NCBI GenBank assembly: GCA_001938485.1 | Contig: MQRK01183776.1 | Coordinates: 13,592 to 77,591 of the forward strand | From: Girardia tigrina | Lineage: Eukaryota | DNA length: 64,000 nt | Reading direction: 5' to 3' | Part shown: piece by piece, positions 14,690 to 25,716 of the stretch | Position numbering within the stretch: the first letter of the stretch is position 1 | Layout of the letters: each line of letters begins with the position of its first letter | Notes under the pieces: generated by a model | What the model saw: only the letters and a program-made list of their open reading frames with translations | What the model was told of the DNA's origin: nothing | Database searches by the model: none | Translations under genes and position numbers: made by a program

Positions 14690-15038
14690 AATAAAAATTT
14701 TGACTTTATAGCATTTGGTTGCCCTAGTTATTAGTAATAACATATTGAACATTATCTGTTAGTAGCATTTTTGTTATTGCCATTTCTGACATTTCAGAAT
14801 CCGAATTAATTATTAGCAACATCACAATCAAAGAAAGATGCTCTCTGAGAATTGTTGTGAAGAATCTGTTTGTGATGTCAATAAATGTTTACATTCAAAT
14901 TGTGATGTTGCTAATAATTAATTCGGATTCTGAAATGTCAGTTAACGGCAATAACATAAATGCTACTAACAGATAATGTTCAATATGTTATTACTAATAA
15001 CTAGGGCAACCAAATGCTATAAAGTCAAAATTTTTATT
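14690..15038. repeat. Long inverted repeat (~139-bp arms, ~70-bp spacer)
   Basis: 14690-14828 is the near-exact reverse complement of 14899-15038. Confidence 0.9.
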
Positions 15039-15879
15039 TTCAACAAATATCGCTCGAGAAACAGTTTTGACGAGGTTTTTTTAAGACTACCTTCTGCAGC
15101 TTTTTTAGTCTTATAAAGTCAAAATTCTGCCCTATAAGTAAAAAAGTCAAAATTTTCAAAATATCAAATTAATAATATATTACTTTTCAATTTTTAATAA
15201 CTAATTATAAATTTAAATGTAAATTTTAATATTTTAAATAAATATTTTTTGTTTAAATATTATTTAATTTAATTTTTATTTTTTCAATATTAGAGATTCT
15301 TGGAACATCGTCAGAATTATTACTCTGAGTTATTTCAGGCTTCAAAACTTTTATTATGCAACACACAAAAAATGTTTAAATCTGATATTTAAACAAACTT
15401 ATTATTTTTTTGAGAAACAATTTGTTTTATAAATCTTACACCAGTATAAATAAAAATACTTATAAATATTCATATTTGATTTGATTTTATTACTTTTATA
15501 AATTAATTTTTAAAATCATTCCACATATAAAAATTATACATTTTAATTTTTATATTATAATTGAAACTCAATTTTTTTTAATTATTAACAATTTAATTAG
15601 ATCTTCATAATTTTAGTAATTTACTGTTTCAAACGTTATACATTTATTTATATATAAATTTTAATTTGTACATATTTCATTTAACCTTCTTTCAAAAATT
15701 TTCCTAGCATTTTTAATTTCTTACATTCAATATTGTGGCAAAAACGTAATAGTTACTGATATACTAAGTATTTTTAAATTTTTATTCTCATTTTCACCAT
15801 ACATAATTTTAATTTTTAATTTAATTTAGTGACAAAAGCTGAAAATGGTTTTAAAGAAAAGGTAAAAGCTGCTGTTTTG

Positions 15880-16522
15880 AAAAGTTCAAATAATTTTACA
15901 GTTATTGGTCAAGATAAACTATTCTACAAACTTTGCAAAGTTTAAGGTTTGCTGGACAAAACAATTTTTTATTGATTCACACCAGAATTCAATGAAACAT
16001 CTCCGGTGTGCTCGAGGCTTACTGTTCAACCAAAAATCTCACTAGAGAATATGAATCAGCAATTGCTTTGCAAATCACTGAAGCATTTTAAAGTGTGGGC
16101 ATTCCACTTCAAAAATTAAAGAATGAAAACATGTCTAGCTTTTAATTCAATGAACAATTCACTCCCTTCTGAAACGCATTGCAGAGATCAAATTAATTTC
16201 ATTTTTGAAGAAATGATTCAGGAAACCAAATTGATGCTACTGGGAGAAAGCATTTATCTTTTTTTATGTAACCATCATTAAAGGTATGAATATTAGTCAG
16301 TTTCTTGTTGGATTGTTAAAAAATCTGGAGCTCAATTCTCTTATACAATCAACCTTGTTCCATAAATCTCTGACTGTTTGTGATGTTTCTATTGAAATTT
16401 ACCAAATTATCAGAGACTTTGCTATTGATAGAGATAATTTTTGTCTTTTGCTAAGAGATTCTACAAGATATATGGTTTTTGCTGGAAATGTATTAAAAAT
16501 ATTATATGATATAATATTTTAA
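15880..16522 (+). mobile_element. hAT-family (CGGBP1-like) transposase relic
   Basis: AF*SVGIPLQKLKN and FCLLLRDSTRYMVFAGNVLKILY resemble the DIPLxKL and LLxxDAAxYMxKAG motifs; many stops. Confidence 0.55.
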
Positions 16523-17101
16523 TGAATTTCCAGCAAAAAACCAAAACATCTCTTTTTATTGCAGTTTAAACATTTGATGATAATCGTAAAACGTTTAATG
16601 CAAAAAACCATAGTAACCTGCAACTATTTAATTGCAAAATGGCATTGTTTAATTTTTTGTATGGAATTTTCTTTTCTAGAAAAGATTGAAATATTTACTA
16701 AGAACATAATACATTTTTTAAAAATGTATTTGTAATTTTATCTTATATAAAAGTTAACAAAAAATTCTGTTGGCAAAGTTGTCTCCTACCCGCATAAAGA
16801 AAAGATGAAAATTTTTTTGATTTATTAGTAATTTAATATTTACATGTAAAATCTCTTTGAGGTACCACTGTCTCACTTAAAAATATTTATTTATCTCTTC
16901 AAGAATTTTGTTTAAATCAATCACCGAATACAAATCATTCATCGAAAATTTGAATTTACAAATTCTATTTTAAAATAGCTCTAATTCGTCGTATTAGTTT
17001 ACAGGTTGTTTGAATATTTAATTTATCGGCAAATGTTTTCCATCAAATGTTCTCCAAATTAACGAAATATTCAGATTTTTATCGGTCGATGTTTCGGTTC
17101 A

Positions 17102-17451
17102 ATGGATAAACAACATTCAAATATTTCCAGTTGCTTAACATTTGATAATAAGGCGCTGAGATCGCTGCCGATCGATCCGGAGACGTCTAATTTCACGCGC
17201 CAAGTCAGCGGCGCGTGTTTCAGTCTCGTCAGACCCGATCCGGTCTCAAATCCGAAATTGATTTCGTTTTCGACGAGCGCTCTTGAGCTGATCGGACTGC
17301 GGGAACTCGCGGAGGACCGCGAGGCGCTTGAGGAGCTCTCGGAGTACCTGTGTGGCAACCGGCTGTTTAAGGGCAGTCAGCCGGCCGCGCACTGCTATTG
17401 CGGGCACCAGTTTGGGAACTTTGCCGGGCAACTGGGGGACGGCGCTGCGAT
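17102..17451 (+). CDS. SELENOO: Selenoprotein O (pseudokinase-fold AMPylase), exon 1
   Basis: Translates to MDKQHSNISSCLTFDNKALRSLPIDPE...HCYCGHQFGNFAGQLGDGAA, containing the SelO/YdiU motif YCGHQFGxFAGQLGDG. Donor GTGAGT at 17452 (phase 2). The true start may lie upstream. Confidence 0.95.
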
Positions 17452-17527
17452 GTGAGTGACTCCTGTGTTGTCATTGCTATTATTAATATTATTTATTATT
17501 ATTTAGTAACTGTCCATTAATCATTAA

Positions 17528-19205
17528 GGTACGACTATTATACTGCCCCCACATATTATGTAATCTGTGTAGATTTATATATTCTTCAAGATTAATTATT
17601 TATTTAATTACTTTATTTAATAAATTAATAATAATTAATTAAATTTATTTTAAGTAATTAATTGATTTAATTCATTGAATAAATAAATTTAAATTAAATA
17701 AATTTTAATTAATTATTTATTTTTTTATTAATTTAATTTAATAATTAATTTTTTCTTTAAGATTAATTATTTATTTAATTACTTTATTTAATAAATTAAT
17801 AATAATTATTTTATTTGAAGTAATTAATTAATTTAATTCNNNNNNNNNNNNNNNNNNNNNNNNNNNNNNNNNNNNNNNNNNNNNNNNNNNNNNNNNNNNN
17901 NNNNNNNNNNNNNNNNNNNNNNNNNNNNNNNNNNNNNNNNNNNNNNNNNNNNNNNNNNNNNNNNNNNNNNNNNNNNNNNNNNNNNNNNNNNNNNNNNNNN
18001 NNNNNNNNNNNNNNNNNNNNNNNNNNNNNNNNNNNNNNNNNNNNNNNNNNNNNNNNNNNNNNNNNNNNNNNNNNNNNNNNNNNNNNNNNNNNNNNNNNNN
18101 NNNNNNNNNNNNNNNNNNNNNNNNNNNNNNNNNNNNNNNNNNNNNNNNNNNNNNNNNNNNNNNNNNNNNNNNNNNNNNNNNNNNNNNNNNNNNNNNNNNN
18201 NNNNNNNNNNNNNNNNNNNNNNNNNNNNNNNNNNNNNNNNNNNNNNNNNNNNNNNNNNNNNNNNNNNNNNNNNNNNNNNNNNNNNNNNNNNNNNNNNNNN
18301 NNNNNNNNNNNNNNNNNNNNNNNNNNNNNNNNNNNNNNNNNNNNNNNNNNNNNNNNNNNNNNNNNNNNNNNNNNNNNNNNNNNNNNNNNNNNNNNNNNNN
18401 NNNNNNNNNNNNNNNNNNNNNNNNNNNNNNNNNNNNNNNNNNNNNNNNNNNNNNNNNNNNNNNNNNNNNNNNNNNNNNNNAATTAATTTATTCTTTAAGA
18501 TTAATTATTTATTTAATTACTTTATTTAATAAATTAATAATAATTATTTAAATTTATTTGAAGTAATTAATTAATTTAATTCATTGATTAAATAAATTTT
18601 AATTAATTAATTATTTTAATTAATTATTTATTTTTTTTATTAATTTAATTTAATAATTAATTTATTATTTCAGATTAATTATTTATTTAATTACATTATT
18701 TAATAAATTAATAATAATTAATTTAATTTATTTTAATTAATTAATTTAATTTTTTGAATAAATAAATTTTAATTAATTTAATTCATTGAATAAATAAATT
18801 TGAATTAATTAATTATTNNNNNNNNNNNNNNNNNNNNNNNNNNNNNNNNNNNNNNNNNNNNNNNNNNNNNNNNNNNNNNNNNNNNNNNNNNNNNNNNNNN
18901 NNNNNNNNNNNNNNNNNNNNNNNNNNNNNNNNNNNNNNNNNNNNNNATGAATAAAAAGTAAATTAAGTAAAGAATAAATTAATTATTGAATGAATAAATT
19001 ATTTAATTTATTATTTATTTTATTCAATAAATTAGTAAATTTGATTTGATTTAATTTCAATCAATTAATAATTAATTATTTCATTTTTTATTAATTAATT
19101 AACAATTTTATTCATCCATTCCACCAGTTATTCCACTAATTCGAAACGAAATTATATAATCTATATAGATTACATAATATATGGGGGCAGTATAACATTC
19201 GTTCC
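17528..19205. mobile_element. Merlin-like non-autonomous DNA transposon filled with AT-rich tandem repeat (SelO intron 1)
   Basis: ~50-bp imperfect TIRs starting GG (GGTACGACTATTATACTGCCCCCA.. / ..TGGGGGCAGTATAACATTCGTTCC); 8-bp TSD ATCATTAA at 17520-17527 and 19206-19213. Confidence 0.75.
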
Positions 19206-19244
19206 ATCATTAATGCTTCATTATGTCCGATTATATAATAATAA

Positions 19245-19421
<177 letters not shown>

Positions 19422-19451
19422 TAAACAATTGTCTCCCTCCAATAATCGCAG

Positions 19452-19597
19452 GCCATGCACCATTTGAATATTCCCACGACACGCGCGGGCAGTTTAGTCA
19501 CATCGGACACTTTGATCGATCGCGACATCTTCTATGACGGTCATCCGATTATGGAGAAATGCAGTGTCGTTCTTCGTATATCCCCAACGTTTATTCG
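19452..19597 (+). CDS. SELENOO: SelO exon 3
   Basis: Follows a 51-nt GT-AG intron; AMHHLNIPTTRAGSLVTSDTLIDRDIFYDGHPIMEKCSVVLRISPTFIR; donor at 19598. Confidence 0.95.
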
Positions 19598-19639
19598 GTA
19601 CTTCTGGCGACATATTATCGATTATTTAATCATTTAAAG

Positions 19640-19763
19640 TTTCGGATCATTTGAAATCTGCAAATCTTTGGATCTCTCCACTCAAAGACAGGGGCCGAGT
19701 TTCGGGAATCGGGACATTCTGGTCACCTTGCTGAACTATGTTGTCGAGACGTTTTATCCGCAG
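19640..19763 (+). CDS. SELENOO: SelO exon 4
   Basis: Follows a 42-nt intron; completes R-FGSFE: FGSFEICKSLDLSTQRQGPSFGNRDILVTLLNYVVETFYPQ; donor at 19764. Confidence 0.93.
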
Positions 19764-20130
19764 GTTTGATCTGGATTATATTTGTGATAACTAATTAAAA
19801 AAATCCGATTTGTTGGGTGCTTGATCAAGATTATTGGATCTCGAGAAACTGTGCGTGCACATTAAACTTTGTTTCGTCGACATCGTCTGGACTCGCGTGT
19901 GTAGTGACCCAGTCAATTATCATATATGAATTATATATAGTAAATTATATATAAATATAAAATTATATAGTTAAAACCAATCGATAAATTGATCAAGAAA
20001 TAATAATTAATTAATTACACTTGAATTTGGTCATATAATCCTACTACAGCCTCATCCAAATTATTCCTTCCTATTTAAAAGTTCTTATCTGGATTGTGAA
20101 CACTAGAAGACATTACAATAATTCCAAGTA

Positions 20131-20436
20131 TTAGGTGTACAAGTATGAAATGCGGATTAAATTTTGAAAAGAAATACGTTAAAAACAAAAGAACGATAAA
20201 AAAAGCTTTATTCAAAATATGCTCCATTACTAATGATACATTTGTCCCATCTGTATCTCAAATTGTGGATACCTCGCCAGTAAAAGTCTTCCTTTTTTTC
20301 CATGAACCATTCATCGACCATTTTTGCACATTTTCGTAAGAATCAAAGCGCTGCAGAGCAAGTGCGTGACCCATCGATGCAAACAAATGGTAATCTGAAG
20401 GAGCCAAGTCTGGTGAATAAGCCGCATGAGGTAAAA
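20131..20436 (-). mobile_element. mariner 3' end
   Basis: TA + TIR TTAGGTGTACAA; LPHAAYSPDLAPSDYHLF; truncated by the gap. Confidence 0.9.
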
Positions 20437-21889
20437 NNNNNNNNNNNNNNNNNNNNNNNNNNNNNNNNNNNNNNNNNNNNNNNNNNNNNNNNNNNNNNNN
20501 NNNNNNNNNNNNNNNNNNNNNNNNNNNNNNNNNNNNNNNNNNNNNNNNNNNNNNNNNNNNNNNNNNNNNNNNNNNNNNNNNNNNNNNNNNNNNNNNNNNN
20601 NNNNNNNNNNNNNNNNNNNNNNNNNNNNNNNNNNNNNNNNNNNNNNNNNNNNNNNNNNNNNNNNNNNNNNNNNNNNNNNNNNNNNNNNNNNNNNNNNNNN
20701 NNNNNNNNNNNNNNNNNNNNNNNNNNNNNNNNNNNNNNNNNNNNNNNNNNNNNNNNNNNNNNNNNNNNNNNNNNNNNNNNNNNNNNNNNNNNNNNNNNNN
20801 NNNNNNNNNNNNNNNNNNNNNNNNNNNNNNNNNNNNNNNNNNNNNNNNNNNNNNNNNNNNNNNNNNNNNNNNNNNNNNNNNNNNNNNNNNNNNNNNNNNN
20901 NNNNNNNNNNNNNNNNNNNNNNNNNNNNNNNNNNNNNNNNNNNNNNNNNNNNNNNNNNNNNNNNNNNNNNNNNNNNNNNNNNNNNNNNNNNNNNNNNNNN
21001 NNNNNNNNNNNNNNNNNNNNNNNNNNNNNNNNNNNNNNNNNNNNNNNNNNNNNNNNNNNNNNNNNNNNNNNNNNNNNNNNNNNNNNNNNNNNNNNNNNNN
21101 NNNNNNNNNNNNNNNNNNNNNNNNNNNNNNNNNNNNNNNNNNNNNNNNNNNNNNNNNNNNNNNNNNNNNNNNNNNNNNNNNNNNNNNNNNNNNNNNNNNN
21201 NNNNNNNNNNNNNNNNNNNNNNNNNNNNNNNNNNNNNNNNNNNNNNNNNNNNNNNNNNNNNNNNNNNNNNNNNNNNNNNNNNNNNNNNNNNNNNNNNNNN
21301 NNNNNNNNNNNNNNNNNNNNNNNNNNNNNNNNNNNNNNNNNNNNNNNNNNNNNNNNNNNNNNNNNNNNATATATATATATATATATATATATAACCGTTG
21401 GGATAGACTTTCAAAGATTTGCTCCGATTTTATATTACGAATATCCAACTATTTGTAAATCTGTGAGTATTTGTTGTACGAATTGAAAAGTTAATTGTTT
21501 AACGAGATTTGTATTTGTATTATTTGTTGATCTTATATTTTTCGAGATCATTCTAAACAGGTTCCTCAAACAATATTTAGTTTGGTAAACCTGTTTAGTT
21601 CTATCTTTTTCTATAGTAAAAAATAACTGATTCATTTCCTTAGAGACTGAGGGACGAATCCTTTATTTTTTTCATCTATCATTATTCTTTTTCCAAATAC
21701 TTCGATTCTTTAAGACATGATCGGCGATGTTCGAGCAACAGATCTCCCGCGAGTCGTCCGCTCTCTTATAATCGCGATTGACGTAAATTACGTCTTCATT
21801 TATTATTATGGCATTTTTTAAAGCAGCGGATTTTTCATTTTGATTTCATTGAATAGAGGAAAATTATTTCTGTTGTAATCACTTTTTCG

Positions 21890-22005
21890 TAGGGATGTGC
21901 CGGGATCCGGTTCAAATCCGGCCGGAGCCGGTTTTCGGCCTTTTTACCAAATCCGGCTCCGACTCCGGCCATAATTTGGCCGGTTTTGTACCGGATTTTG
22001 TAAGG
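21890..22005. mobile_element. hAT-like terminus with CCGG-rich subterminal repeats
   Basis: TAGGGATGTGCC followed by many (A/T)CCGG motifs; no partner TIR found. Confidence 0.5.
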
Positions 22006-22049
22006 GTATACAGATGTACAAATTTTAGAAGGAATGAAGTCAAATTTAG

Positions 22050-23940
22050 ATATTTTTCGGGTTTTTTCCTAAAATTTACATCATCTAGATACCATACAAT
22101 GCCTTCACAGTGTCTGAGGATGTTCGTCATTACCCTCATGAATGCTACTGGGGCATTTGCTAGACCGAATGGAAGTCGCTTGTATCTGAATTAGCCCAAG
22201 TGCGTAATGAAAGCTGTTAAATCTCTCTTCTTTTCTGATGGGTAGTTGATGGTATGCTGAAGTTAGATCCACTTTGAGAATATCTGAGCTCCGTACAGCT
22301 TGTTATGAATCTCTTCCTGAGTGGGTATTGGAAACTGATCGATTTTGATGTGTTGGTTAATCTTCCTGTAATCGACACACAGTCTAATCCCGTTCTTCTT
22401 GTTCGCTATCACTATTGGTGATACAAATGCGGATTATTCGATTGACTCGATGACATCTTGTGCAATCAGTTTCCTAATCTCTTCAGTGACAGGTAACTCC
22501 AAGTTAAAAGGAAGTCTTCTGACTTTTTGCATGATGGAATCGGGTGCACCTTCTTTCAGTTGTTTTGATACTTCTTGGTTCGACATCGATATTAGTTTAT
22601 CTGTCATGAAATCCTTCTCCGTTGCATCGTTATTAATAGCTGCTATTTCTGGGGTAATAGCTATTCGTATTGTTATTATTGCGTCCCTTCCTAAAATTAC
22701 ATTATTTGCCTCGTATATTAAAAAATCAATTTTTTCTGTTCTTCCCTTGTATGTTATCACTAGGTTCTGTAGCCATCCTTTTATTGGAATTGGTGATGAA
22801 TCGAAATTCGAGCATCTGATGTTAGAGACCTTTTTATTTCGTCACAGAAATATCTTTTTTAAATCCTGGGGAAGAATTCAAATTTCGGAGCTTGTATTAA
22901 TGAGTATCTTCATTGTGGTCGTTTATCCTGACTCTCTTTGAATCACAAAATCCACCATTGGTCTCTCAATTCTCCGTAGTATGCTGCGTGGCATATGATT
23001 AATGTTGGCAATAACAACCGCCGCCAATTGTTGATGTTTCGCTTCTTTTTCAGACCGTTGCAAAGTGTCCCTTTTCGGAGAAGTTTGGGAAATCTACTTT
23101 GCGTTTCTTTGATCCGCATCGGTAGCATTCCATGTTCTGTCTCTCCGGTCCTCTGTATTCCGGCCATTTTTTTCCAAATGTCGCCGAACATGATAACAGT
23201 TTATCTAGTGATATAGTGCACTCAGAAATATATTTCGGTCGTCGCATTCCTCTCTGGTGCTGTGCTGATGAACTTTGCAACAAGTAATTCGTACTTTTTT
23301 TCAACATATTGGAAGTTATCCAGCAGTTTCTGGAGAATAGTTGCATACTCATCGGTTGATCCTGTATATTTTGTATTGAAGAACTCGATCCTATCCAAAT
23401 TTCATTTTTTTTGAATATCTGTTTGTAAGAAAGTTAACTATTTTTGAAAAATCTTTGAGGTCTACTCTGGCCACTCCTGAAATTGTGACTTCGTAAACCG
23501 GAAGATCCAAATTTGTCAGCAAATCATCGGCCATTCTCTCTTCCCAGAGTCCAGCTAGGCTGCAGACTAGCTCGAACTGTCCAAGCCGAACTTGAAAATC
23601 GACTTGGTTGTGAAATTTTTCAGGCATTGATATGGAAATTGATCCTGATTCTGGAAGTAACGTCGGCTTTCTCTTCATCCTCGTCGCAAATTGTAAAATC
23701 GTATCAAGAAACTAAAATCAAAATGCAAACACCATTAATTAAACATTTAATTTTAAGTGACAATTTAATTAGTAAAACAAATATATTTTCTTAGGATTAA
23801 TTTAATCTCTGAATACTCATTAATTAAATCATTTCTCGATACTACAAATAGATAAATATTAAATAATAATAACAAATAATAACCGGAAGATAAAATATAA
23901 TCAAAACTAATTAAGTATGTAATACGTGATAATATAGCAC
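22050..23940 (-). mobile_element. Degraded Gypsy LTR retrotransposon (LTR end, PBS, gag, RT)
   Basis: LTR end ..TTACA at 23692; decayed tRNA-Ser-type PBS tGCGACGAGGAT; RT motifs RLCVDYRKIN, VRRLPF, WYLDDV. Outer LTR boundary uncertain. Confidence 0.85.
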
Positions 23941-24228
23941 ACAGGCACAATCTCAAGGGTTTCAAAAAATATGAATTGACGAATTTCACAAAAAATGAAC
24001 AAAAACAACTGATTGTGAAATTTTATCTGGCTCAACCATTCAGAGCGAATCATTTCATTCATTTGCTCACAAACTCGGCAACTGAACAACAATCGGCAAA
24101 AATGAATTAACAACACTGACTCGATAAGTCATCGTTAATTAATCCATTGTTCTTTAAATGAACAAAGATCGAAATTAATTTTTTAAATTTTCTTTACCAA
24201 TTTAATTTTAGATTTTCATTTATACATC

Positions 24229-25716
24229 TGTAGCAACAACACAATGAACAGCGCGCAAGTTATATTTGAAATTAAAATCCGAATCGGCAAACAACCGATT
24301 TAAACAAATACATCACACGCCCCCCTGCCTTCAAGGCATATTCACTGCATCAGCAAGGAGGCAAGCCAACTTAATTTGCGGTCCTTAGACCGCACCCCGA
24401 GTCCCCGAGTTCGGTCTGTTCCCGAATTTCAACTCGGCTCCCGCGGTAGCCAAAAAATTGTATAGTGACAGCCTCGTGACCTCCGGCATTGCAGTCTCAC
24501 TCGCAGCTGTTTCTTCGCTCGCTTCAGCAGTGCGCTCCCCTGCACCACAACCAGATTGGTTGCCTCGCCTGGCTCCTGCTGCTCGTCTGCCAGTACCATC
24601 AGTTACATTGCAGGGTGTTCCCCGTCGCACAGCACGGTCGTTGTGTCCAACATGATGACCGACTTGCCGATATGATTAACTAGGTTCTTCTTCATCACGT
24701 GCAGCTCGAATCGCGCAGCTCCTCCTAGGTCATCCCTTGTCTCCTTGATCGTCCGGTTGAGCTTGTCCCTCAGCTGCCGCAATTAGCTCATCAGAAGACA
24801 GCCTCTAATGTTGCCGCCAGCCGGTTCTGCCCGAGCATTTCTTGTCAAATTCTCTCGTCCACTCAGTTTTCAACATCTTCCTGCCCGCGTATTCAACTAA
24901 TAGGCTTGAATATGAGTCCGTAAATGATCGTCAGTTCTCGATGCCGTCTCAAATCCCCTCGATCGCCCGCGCGTCCCGCAATCAGCTTTTCAATCGCCCG
25001 CGCCTCTCTTGATCTGCTTCTCGATCACCCGCCTTCTTTTGATCTGCTTCTCGATCGCCCGCACCTCTCACGATCCGCTTCTCGATTGCCTCGCCGTTTT
25101 TTCCTAACGACGACTTGATGCACACGACCCAATCGTGCAGCTGCGCATTTTCGATTTTATCCGTGTCCGCCTCGTCCACGAACACGAGCCTCCGGTCACT
25201 ATCTACTATCCCGAGCGCTTTCACTGCGCACAACAGCTGCCCAAATCCCAGCCGGCCGAGAATTCTGCTATCGAACTCCATCTTCTCGACCACCTCGAGC
25301 CTCATGCGGAGTGTTCAATTGTCCCCGACCCGAAATCGTGATGTCCCTCTGATCCATATTTGACGAAATTGTCGATATCGTCGCGATCTGTATTGGGTGC
25401 CACCACCGGTCTTGACATCGGCCACCAGACTTCCAACCGCTATGATCACTTCCCGCCGGAAAGCAATCGGATTGGTGAATCTGCCGATCTTGTAGAATTT
25501 TCGTCTTTCGACAGCACATCAATCGGTCCCTGAAAGCTGAAATTGCCGCCCCTCCGCATCGTCATTGGCTTTGATATCACTTTCTTGGCGCTGCTCACTG
25601 TCAACATTGGTTGTTGCCGCGATAGCTTGTAGCAACAACACAATGAACAGCGCGCAAGTTATATTTGAAATTAAAATCCAAATCGGCAAACAACCGATTT
25701 AAACAAATACATCACA
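24229..25716 (-). mobile_element. Small non-autonomous LTR element (TRIM-like), 1488 bp, 89-bp LTRs
   Basis: LTRs 24229-24317 and 25628-25716 (TG..CA, one mismatch); 5-bp TSD ACATC; PPT GGCAGGGGGGCG next to the 3' LTR; GC-rich interior without RT. Confidence 0.93.

Noticed and set aside
17071-17431. Minus-strand ORFs overlapping SelO exon 1
   Set aside because: Antisense shadows of a GC-rich exon; no independent motif.
22399-25363. Plus-strand ORFs over the Gypsy and TRIM elements
   Set aside because: Antisense shadows of retroelement sequence.
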